Source: a virus
Taxonomy: Duplodnaviria; Caudoviricetes
IMG/VR virus record: IMGVR_UViG_3300025277_000121
Coordinates: 1-27,420 of that record
Direction: 5' to 3' (one strand)
DNA length: 27,420 nucleotides
Each line of letters begins with the position of its first letter. Position 1 is the stretch's first letter. The notes under the pieces were generated by a model that ran no database searches, was not told the DNA's origin, and worked only from the letters and a program-made list of their open reading frames with translations. This document shows positions 1-5,980 of this stretch, piece after piece. Position numbers and translations under genes: made by a program.

Positions 1-1
1 G

Positions 2-175
2 TATCATTTTGGCAATCACGTCTCGCGTTATGTAAAAGACTATTGGTGGATTGACGGGGAGCCTTTCTTCCGGCAAGGCCCTATCAGTGAGAAGATGATG
101 CGGCTACTAATGCAGGTGTATAAAAAGCTGGGCAGGTTGAGTGAGAAGGCTCTCCGGTATGCCGAGAAAAGGTAG
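2..175 (+). CDS. Hypothetical protein, 5'-truncated (YHFGNHVSRYVKDYWWIDGEPFF...ALRYAEKR)
   Basis: Frame open from the window edge to TAG at 173-175, followed by GGGAGA RBS and the next ATG at 187; not in the ORF track. Confidence 0.55.
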   Translation, partial: YHFGNHVSRYVKDYWWIDGEPFFRQGPISEKMMRLLMQVYKKLGRLSEKALRYAEKR

Positions 176-186
176 GGAGAAATAAA

Positions 187-639
187 ATGGCAAGTGAGTT
201 TGAAGAGCGAGTAAATGACTGGCTGGTAAGACAACAGGATATGGTGGTCTTGCGTAAAGGTTGGCCGGATTTTCTGTGTTATGACGGCACGTATCGTCAC
301 CCCTCGCGGGATAAAACATTCGAGGGGGTGTATCGGGGAAAAATATTTTGCGTGGAGGCGAAGACTGAGACGGATAAAGTATCTCCGCATCAGAGGCAAA
401 TGCACGAGGTTTTGATAAAGGCTGGAATACCTGTGCATGTTGTGCGTCCTGACGCACTGACCAAAGGCAAATATCCGAGAGCTAGGATGCTGTTTCATGA
501 AACGCACCTCCAGCACTCTGTGGATAAGGTTGAGGTCTTGCAGAGGCAGGTGCAGGATTTGGAGTGGAAGCTAGAGAAAGTGCATGAGGAGTTGAAGCAT
601 TTTACGTTTGCCTTTGAGGAGGTGGAGAGTGAAAAATGA
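187..639 (+). CDS. VRR-NUC family PD-(D/E)xK nuclease with C-terminal coiled coil
   Basis: GWPDFL...FCVEAKT...VSPHQ...H..L...G..V.VV matches the VRR-NUC pattern; GGGAGA RBS; heptad-like C-terminus. Confidence 0.8.
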   Translation: MASEFEERVNDWLVRQQDMVVLRKGWPDFLCYDGTYRHPSRDKTFEGVYRGKIFCVEAKTETDKVSPHQRQMHEVLIKAGIPVHVVRPDALTKGKYPRARMLFHETHLQHSVDKVEVLQRQVQDLEWKLEKVHEELKHFTFAFEEVESEK

Positions 640-1098
640 ACTGTTTGCAGCGTTGTTAATGCTCCCGCTTTGTGCGGCGGCGGCGGACGACTTTCCGGCG
701 GTGACAGTGGAGGAGAGGCACTGTATGGCGGAAGCCATGTACTTTGAGGCTCGAGGAGAAGGCTGGCTGGGCATGGTGGCCGTAGGCGCGGTGATTAAGA
801 ACCGCGTGGACGACCGTCGTTACCCGTCCACCGTGTGCGGGGTGGTGCACCAAGGTGCCGAGCGAAAAGACCGGCTGTGCGCTTTCTCGTACTACTGTGA
901 CGGGTTGCCCGAGCGTCCGGCCAACCAGGAACTCTGGGAGCTGGCGCAGCTCATGGCTGATGCTGTGCTGAGCTCTGGTGGGTGTCAGTGAACGGTGTAG
1001 GTGAGGCAACTCATTATCACGCGATGTACGTAACGCCGTGGTGGGCACCTGCTCTTGACAGGCAGGGCTGCATAGGCAATCACGTTTTCTACAGATGA
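629..1098 (+). pseudogene. SleB/Hydrolase_2 family cell-wall hydrolase with signal peptide, split by a -1 frameshift near 961-990
   Basis: GTG start at 629 after GAGGAGG; CMAEAMYFEARGE...VGAVIKNRV...YPSTVCGVVHQ...FSYYCDG; frame stops at TGA 989-991, but the family C-terminus GEATHYHAMYVTPWWA...IGNHVFYR* continues in the -1 frame (open 961-1098). Confidence 0.85.
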
Positions 1099-1099
1099 A

Positions 1100-1276
1100 A
1101 TGAGACGAGCAACGCAAGAGGCGATTCAGTGCACGCAAGAATTTATTCATCGAATGGTCCAGAAGGGGTTCTCGCATCAAGAGATCGCTCTTATTGTGCT
1201 CAGTGAGGCTTGCCCAGAGATGCGTGGGCTTTTTGGTGACATCAAACGAGAAGTCAACGACAATGAAGAAGATTAA
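1100..1276 (+). CDS. Hypothetical protein, 58 aa (MRRATQEAIQCTQEFIHRMVQKGFSHQEIALIVLSEACPEMRGLFGDIKREVNDNEED)
   Basis: ATG 1 nt after the hydrolase stop; fills the gap and overlaps the next start; below the ORF-track size cutoff. Confidence 0.6.
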   Translation: MRRATQEAIQCTQEFIHRMVQKGFSHQEIALIVLSEACPEMRGLFGDIKREVNDNEED

Positions 1277-1424
1277 GCGCCGCTCTCCTCCTGCGGCATC
1301 TTTAAGAGGACGACAATTCTGTCAGAGAATAGTTCCTTCCAAGAAGGGAAGGGGATCGTACAAACGGGACCGGGAAGCGAGTAGCTATGGCCACGCCGAT
1401 TATTTTCCCCCACATCGAGATTGA
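1263..1424 (+). CDS. arfA: ArfA-like alternative ribosome-rescue factor, 53 aa
   Basis: ASLRGRQFCQRIVPSKKGRGSYKR aligns without gaps to E. coli ArfA 18-41 as recalled ([24 protein letters not shown]), including the KKGxGSYxR motif; ATG 1263 overlaps the upstream ORF. Confidence 0.72.
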   Translation: MKKIKRRSPPAASLRGRQFCQRIVPSKKGRGSYKRDREASSYGHADYFPPHRD

Positions 1425-1722
1425 TGGGGTCAAGTATCCTCGAGTAACACTGCACTGGTACGACATCACTGGTGACTCATCTTGGGCGGATGTAGGAGAG
1501 TTCCGGGAGTTCCGTTGTGCAGAGGTAGTCACAGAGGGTTTTGTGTTCGATATATTTGAGCACGAGGGCAAGAAATTCGTCAGAACGTTTACCAGCTACA
1601 TTGAGGAGGGCGAGGAGGGTCCGACCTTTGGTGACCGCGGGTGCTTCCCGGTTGATATCTTGAGGGGTGAGTCTCAGCACATAATCAAAATAGCCGAGCT
1701 CTACGTTAGAGCTCGAAGATAG
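1387..1722 (+). CDS. Conserved phage hypothetical protein (WxDITGDxxW type)
   Basis: 111-aa ORF continuing the operon; VTLHWYDITGDSSW...TEGFVF...RTFTSY...FGDRGCFP resembles a common marine-phage family. Confidence 0.7.
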   Translation: MATPIIFPHIEIDGVKYPRVTLHWYDITGDSSWADVGEFREFRCAEVVTEGFVFDIFEHEGKKFVRTFTSYIEEGEEGPTFGDRGCFPVDILRGESQHIIKIAELYVRARR

Positions 1723-1735
1723 TTTTTTTGTTTTT
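1695..1735 (+). terminator. Probable terminator hairpin at a convergent gene junction
   Basis: Perfect 9-bp inverted repeat CGAGCTCTA-cgt-TAGAGCTCG (1695-1715); T7 run at 1723-1729, 7 nt after the stem. Confidence 0.45.
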
Positions 1736-1978
1736 ACGTATGACGGTGGGATTCTCATCATCTGGCACCACAAGCAATGCATCGAGGTCATAACCCATGG
1801 CCGCCAGCAAGGTTTCGACCTTATAGATAGACGGCTCTATAATTTTCCTCTTCTCGTAATTTTCGATGGTTGATTCACCAATTCCAGATCGATCAGAAAG
1901 CCCCACTCGAGTAATCTTGGATTCCTTTCGAATCTCCAATAAAATGCGAGACCAATGATCTGGAACTGGTGGTTTCAT
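1706..1978 (-). CDS. XRE/Cro-family helix-turn-helix protein
   Basis: LLEIRKESKITRVGLSDRSGIGESTIENYEKRKIIEPSIYKVETLLAAMG; TGATG overlap with the upstream gene puts the start at 1978. Confidence 0.82.
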   Translation of the reverse strand: MKPPVPDHWSRILLEIRKESKITRVGLSDRSGIGESTIENYEKRKIIEPSIYKVETLLAAMGYDLDALLVVPDDENPTVIRKNKKTIFEL

Positions 1979-2241
1979 CAATGCTTCGTCTTGACCTTGT
2001 CGGGGTCGAACTCTTCGAGAATAGAATCGTAACTAGTGTAGCTTGAGCCTTGACTTACTCCCAGTGTGATCGCGAGCAGCCGACTCATCATGTACCCCAA
2101 TGTGCTAACCCCAATGTGTGCGGCCCCATACTCAATGGCAACTCGAAACAGAGCTACTGTCCTAGCAACTGGAGTCACTTCTCCTTTAAATTCTTCGGTC
2201 AAGTTACAAACTTCCTCGTAGAAGCGGTCTAGGTCATTCAT
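1978..2241 (-). CDS. Hypothetical protein, 87 aa (MNDLDRFYEEV...)
   Basis: ATG at 2241 overlaps the upstream stop (ATGAATGA); stop overlaps the HTH start. Confidence 0.65.
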   Translation of the reverse strand: MNDLDRFYEEVCNLTEEFKGEVTPVARTVALFRVAIEYGAAHIGVSTLGYMMSRLLAITLGVSQGSSYTSYDSILEEFDPDKVKTKH

Positions 2242-2452
2242 GAGATTTAAGATCCGTCGGAATGATGTGTCGTGCGTAGAACTCCATGGTCTTCTTGTTG
2301 GATGGAAAATCCTTAGCAAGCGTTACTAAGAATGCAATCTGCTGTGCCGGCGAACGGTGGTTAGCGTTTGCCATCTCCCATAAATCGCTCCACACCTCGA
2401 GCGGAACTGCCACTGATCTAAACCGGCGCTTATCTTCTGTTGCTTTAACCAT
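2234..2452 (-). CDS. Putative ribbon-helix-helix (Arc/CopG-like) DNA-binding protein
   Basis: FRSVAVPLEVWSDLWEMANANHRSPAQQIAFLV has a beta-helix-RS-helix pattern; AGGAG RBS. Confidence 0.65.
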   Translation of the reverse strand: MVKATEDKRRFRSVAVPLEVWSDLWEMANANHRSPAQQIAFLVTLAKDFPSNKKTMEFYARHIIPTDLKSHE

Positions 2453-2462
2453 CTCAATTCTC

Positions 2463-3905
2463 CTATTTAGTTAACCACTTTCTCAGATTCTCGCCCAACA
2501 CCTCGCTGGCGATATTCATCTTGTTGCGTAGAGCCTCGACAATTCTCTCGTCAATGGTGCCCTCCGCAATAAAATCCACGTACGTAACGCTTTTGTTCTG
2601 TCCGATCCGGTGCGCCCGGTCTTCCGACTGCATGCGGACGGCCAAATCAAACGAGTTACTAAAATAAATAACGTTCTGAGCTGCCGTCAACGTAATCCCG
2701 TATCCGCCCGTCTGTGGGTTACCTACAAAAAACCTAGCGTTGCCGTTCTGGAATCGTTCAATACCCTCAGTCCGTTCTTCGTCACTAGTGTCGCCGAAGT
2801 ACATAACTGTGGAATCCGCTCCATGCCTTTTGATTAGCGCTTGACTAATGCGTTTAACATCGTAGCGGAAGCGCGACCAGATAATTGCCTTCCCATCAGA
2901 CTCATCTAGACAGGCCATTAACTCGTCCAGCCGGTTATCCTTGATATCTATAAGGTCACCACCGTCTGTTTTTGTGTGTCCGCTCAGGACTTGTTGCATG
3001 CGCAGCAACTGCGTCATGACATTGTCAACCGTCATGAACTCGTCATCATCTATTCGCGCCAGTGCGAACTCTCTCAATTCATTATAGATCCGCGCTTGGT
3101 CGTCGCTGAGTGCGATGCTTCTCTGCGTGTAGATTTTGGGAGGCAAGTCCAGGCACTCATCCTTGCGAATGCGACTGCTGAAACTCCGCAGTAGCCATGA
3201 CAGCCTATCTAAATCTCGATAGCCCACTACCAAATTAAAGGAGTGGCTGCCTAACTGGCGCCGTTTCATAACCGCGTATCGATACTGGAACTGGTAGTAG
3301 TTGTCTCCCACGTCGCCCAATAGATCCTTGTCGAGGAACCGGCATTGCGCCCACAAATCGAGAGGCGACTGAGTTACAGGCGAGCCTGTCAAAATCCGCC
3401 GATACTTGGCCAGCTCGCCTATCCTGATAATGGCCTTTGTCCGTCGTGCCTTGGGCGATTTAATAGTAGTGGACTCATCAATAGCAAGAAGCGCCTCAGA
3501 GCTCTTCAAAAGCCGCTCGAGGAACCTTTGGCCTTTGACCGTGGACAAAGCCTCCACGTTTACAATAAATATCCTGAGGGAGTCGGATGGTTCCAGAATG
3601 GACTTCAGCGCATTCTTATGAGCCTTGGTGGGCGTCGGGTTCCAAATAACCATCGTTTGGGGGATTCGGTCAGGCAGGTGCTTTGGCAGTTCCTGCTTAG
3701 CCCAATTGCGATAGACTCCCTTGGGGGCCACCACAACAAACGTGTTTATTAGGCCCTCCTCATATAGCAAGCCCACATTGTCGATGCAGATTTTGGACTT
3801 GCCCGTCCCCATCTCGAGGAATAAGGCCCAGTTGGTGTGTTCCCAGCAGCGCTCAAGCACGTTGGCTTGATGCTGGAAAGGTGCCGTCTTGAATCGGTAG
3901 GTCAT
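2463..3905 (-). CDS. SNF2-family (SF2) helicase/ATPase
   Basis: MGTGKS, DESTTIKS, ILTGSP, QLLRMQQ, GYGITLTAA, QSEDRAHRIGQ motifs; AAGGAG RBS. Confidence 0.93.
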   Translation of the reverse strand: MTYRFKTAPFQHQANVLERCWEHTNWALFLEMGTGKSKICIDNVGLLYEEGLINTFVVVAPKGVYRNWAKQELPKHLPDRIPQTMVIWNPTPTKAHKNALKSILEPSDSLRIFIVNVEALSTVKGQRFLERLLKSSEALLAIDESTTIKSPKARRTKAIIRIGELAKYRRILTGSPVTQSPLDLWAQCRFLDKDLLGDVGDNYYQFQYRYAVMKRRQLGSHSFNLVVGYRDLDRLSWLLRSFSSRIRKDECLDLPPKIYTQRSIALSDDQARIYNELREFALARIDDDEFMTVDNVMTQLLRMQQVLSGHTKTDGGDLIDIKDNRLDELMACLDESDGKAIIWSRFRYDVKRISQALIKRHGADSTVMYFGDTSDEERTEGIERFQNGNARFFVGNPQTGGYGITLTAAQNVIYFSNSFDLAVRMQSEDRAHRIGQNKSVTYVDFIAEGTIDERIVEALRNKMNIASEVLGENLRKWLTK

Positions 3906-3937
3906 CTTTCTCCTTTATCAGGTAAACATCTTATTTC

Positions 3938-3967
3938 ATGATACAGCAACGGCACAGAAAAGGCCAA
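3938..3967 (-). promoter_or_regulatory. Possible sigma70-type promoter for the SNF2 operon
   Basis: TTGGCC-18 nt-TATCAT on the - strand, about 30 nt upstream of the start codon; weak match. Confidence 0.3.
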
Positions 3968-3982
3968 GAAACGTGATGCACG

Positions 3983-4096
3983 GGGGAAAACTATTACTTA
4001 AGGTACGTCTTGGACCCACATTCAGGAAAACGGCTGGGACGTATGACGGCTTCACGGTAGGGGGGTCGTGAAGATTTAGGGGAAAACTATTACTTA
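3983..4096. repeat. Perfect 18-bp direct repeat GGGGAAAACTATTACTTA x2
   Basis: Copies at 3983-4000 and 4079-4096 (96-bp period) in the divergent intergenic region. Confidence 0.88.
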
Positions 4097-4115
4097 GTGC
4101 GCGACTTTCTGCGGG

Positions 4116-4145
4116 GGGATCACCAAAAGGAGTTTTGGTGATCCC
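4116..4145. repeat. Perfect 13-bp inverted repeat (hairpin/cruciform)
   Basis: GGGATCACCAAAA-ggag-TTTTGGTGATCCC. Confidence 0.85.
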
Positions 4146-4157
4146 TGTAGTAGAAGA

Positions 4158-4186
4158 TTGACGGGCGACGATCCATCAGCCATACT
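4158..4186 (+). promoter_or_regulatory. Sigma70-type promoter for the replication operon
   Basis: TTGACG (4158-4163), 17-nt spacer, CATACT (4181-4186). Confidence 0.62.
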
Positions 4187-4194
4187 CGCTTTTC

Positions 4195-4222
4195 GAAGGA
4201 ACTACTTTCCGTTCCTTCTTTT
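4195..4222 (+). promoter_or_regulatory. Leader hairpin followed by U4 (possible attenuator or 5' stabiliser)
   Basis: GAAGGAAC (4195-4202) / GTTCCTTC (4211-4218) then TTTT, between the promoter and the GAGGAG RBS. Confidence 0.4.
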
Positions 4223-4239
4223 GCAGAGAGGAGAAAGGT

Positions 4240-4587
4240 TTGAAGCTACGTCCCACTCCTGTTGTGTACGTGGTGCAAGAAAATCCTCGGGTCGATGTTG
4301 TTTCAGCGGCCCAGTGGGGAGACCTAATTCCGCTCGCAAATCCTTACGACCAAGTTCATCTCAATCCAGGTCGAATCGTCTTACAGTTTCGTCGCAAGCT
4401 GCGCAATTACAGTGATAGTGATTGGCTGTTGCCGTTAGGTGACCCAGCTATGATCGGCATTGCGTTTGCCATTGCAGCGGATATGAACGAGGGACGAGTA
4501 AATTTGCTCAAGTGGGACCGGCTGGAGAGGCACTACTACCCTGTAAAAATCAGTGTACGTGGAGGGATTGAAGAACTTACAACCTGA
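4240..4587 (+). CDS. Conserved phage hypothetical protein (small alpha/beta fold)
   Basis: TTG start after GAGGAG; VYVVQE...DWLLPLGDP...LLKWDR...YYP pattern typical of the first gene of such replication operons. Confidence 0.75.
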   Translation: MKLRPTPVVYVVQENPRVDVVSAAQWGDLIPLANPYDQVHLNPGRIVLQFRRKLRNYSDSDWLLPLGDPAMIGIAFAIAADMNEGRVNLLKWDRLERHYYPVKISVRGGIEELTT

Positions 4588-4600
4588 CGAGGATATACGT

Positions 4601-5173
4601 ATGTCGAAAAACGATGACTTGTGGGAAACGATTACCGCTGACGCATCTGTATTTGTCGGTCTGACGACGGAAGGCGGGTCTGAACTGAGTGACCTAGTGG
4701 GACAAGCCGCGAAGCTCAACAAGAAGGTGAGTGCGGCGGAAGACGAAGTTCGCACCTTGAAGCGTAAGCGTGACAGTTACCTGTATGACCTCATCCCCGC
4801 GAAAATGCGAGAGGTCGGTATGGATAAGGTGGAGGTGAAGGGCAACACCGTTAGTCTCCACCCGTTCGTATCCGCAACAATGCCCAAAGATCCCATGGAA
4901 AAGCAGGTCGCTTTACAGCATCTGCGAAGTGTTGGTGCTGGGGATTTCGTAAAGAACACGGTCAGTGTGAGTTTTGGCTTGCGCCAGGACAATGAGGCCA
5001 AGAGTTTTGAGGCTGACCTGCATGATCGTGGGCTTGAGCCAGAGAGCAAAACATGGGTTGAGCCTATGACTCTGAAGAAGTTGATCAGGGAACGTGTTGA
5101 GAGTAACCAAGAGATAGACTTGGAATTGTTTAACGCCTATATCGGAACCGTAGCGAAAATCAAAGGAGCTTAG
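4601..5173 (+). CDS. Conserved phage replication-module protein, function unknown
   Basis: ATG 4601 after GAGGA; N-terminal coiled coil, LIPAKMREVG, GDFVKNTVSVSFG, VEPMTLKKLIRERVE. Confidence 0.78.
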   Translation: MSKNDDLWETITADASVFVGLTTEGGSELSDLVGQAAKLNKKVSAAEDEVRTLKRKRDSYLYDLIPAKMREVGMDKVEVKGNTVSLHPFVSATMPKDPMEKQVALQHLRSVGAGDFVKNTVSVSFGLRQDNEAKSFEADLHDRGLEPESKTWVEPMTLKKLIRERVESNQEIDLELFNAYIGTVAKIKGA

Positions 5174-5175
5174 AA

Positions 5176-5943
5176 ATGTCAAAGACAAATGGAAAACTAA
5201 CGACGGACTTGGAAAAGGCTTTTGCGGAGGATGCCGGGGTTGGCTTCGAGGGAGTCACCTCCAGTGACTTGCAGATTCCTTTTTTGCGGATTATTCAGGC
5301 TTTGTCACCACAACTGAAGAGGTCAGACCCAGCGTTTCTCGAGGGGGCGCAACAGGGAGATATCTTTAACACGGTGACGAACAAGTTATGGACCGGTGAT
5401 GAGGGAGTTGTTGTTCTACCCGTTTATTTTGAAACGAAGATGTTGGAGTTCGTCCCCCGGACGCAGGGTGGTGGTTTCGTTGGAGAGCTGTCTTCAGGGA
5501 GCCGTGAGGTTAGCGCTGCCGTGCGAGATCCAAACACTGGTATGGAGATCCTTGAAAGTGGCAATGAGCTCGTGAGGTCGGCGAGTCATTACGTCAAGAT
5601 AGTCCACGAGACCGGCAATTACGAAAACGCCATTGTGGACATGAAGAAGACGCAACTGAAAAAGAGTCGCCAGTGGTTGTCCATGATGATGATGCAGAAG
5701 CAGAACGGATCAACACTGCCGAGCTTTGCTTATATGTATCGTCTTCGGTCGGTGGAAGACGGCAATGACAAGGGTAGTTGGTACACATGGAGCATAAGTC
5801 TAGTGGGTATGGTGGATAACCTTGTCGCTTATAAGGAAGCCAAGGAACTGCATGGAAGTATTAAGAGCGGGGGGATGCGTCTTGGACCTCCACCAACTGA
5901 CGCGGCCTTGGAAGCCCCTGTCGAAAAAGATTTACCCTTCTAA
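5176..5943 (+). CDS. Putative single-stranded DNA-binding protein
   Basis: DLQIPFLRIIQALSPQ...GDIFNTVT...NDKGSWYTW; SSB-like C-terminal tail ending DLPF; position before the primase. Confidence 0.65.
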   Translation: MSKTNGKLTTDLEKAFAEDAGVGFEGVTSSDLQIPFLRIIQALSPQLKRSDPAFLEGAQQGDIFNTVTNKLWTGDEGVVVLPVYFETKMLEFVPRTQGGGFVGELSSGSREVSAAVRDPNTGMEILESGNELVRSASHYVKIVHETGNYENAIVDMKKTQLKKSRQWLSMMMMQKQNGSTLPSFAYMYRLRSVEDGNDKGSWYTWSISLVGMVDNLVAYKEAKELHGSIKSGGMRLGPPPTDAALEAPVEKDLPF

Positions 5944-5950
5944 GGTATTT

Positions 5951-5977
5951 GCCCCCCCGTTCGCGGGGGGGTTTCTT
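5951..5977 (+). terminator. Intrinsic-terminator-like hairpin overlapping the primase translation-initiation region
   Basis: GCCCCCCCG-TTCG-CGGGGGGGT then TTCTT; primase ATG at 5981. Confidence 0.7.
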
Positions 5978-5980
5978 ATC

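Noticed and set aside
40-1180. - strand ORFs 40-516, 107-457, 571-774 and 656-1180
   Set aside because: Antisense to recognisable VRR-NUC and hydrolase genes
1194-1262. Longer start for the ArfA-like ORF
   Set aside because: Overlaps the 58-aa upstream gene; ATG 1263 gives an ArfA-sized product
3983-4096. Mini-CRISPR array
   Set aside because: Only two 18-bp repeats with a 78-nt spacer and no cas genes; does not fit CRISPR geometry
5822-5980. N-terminal extension of the primase given by the ORF track
   Set aside because: Overlaps the SSB gene and runs through the terminator hairpin; ATG 5981 is more plausible
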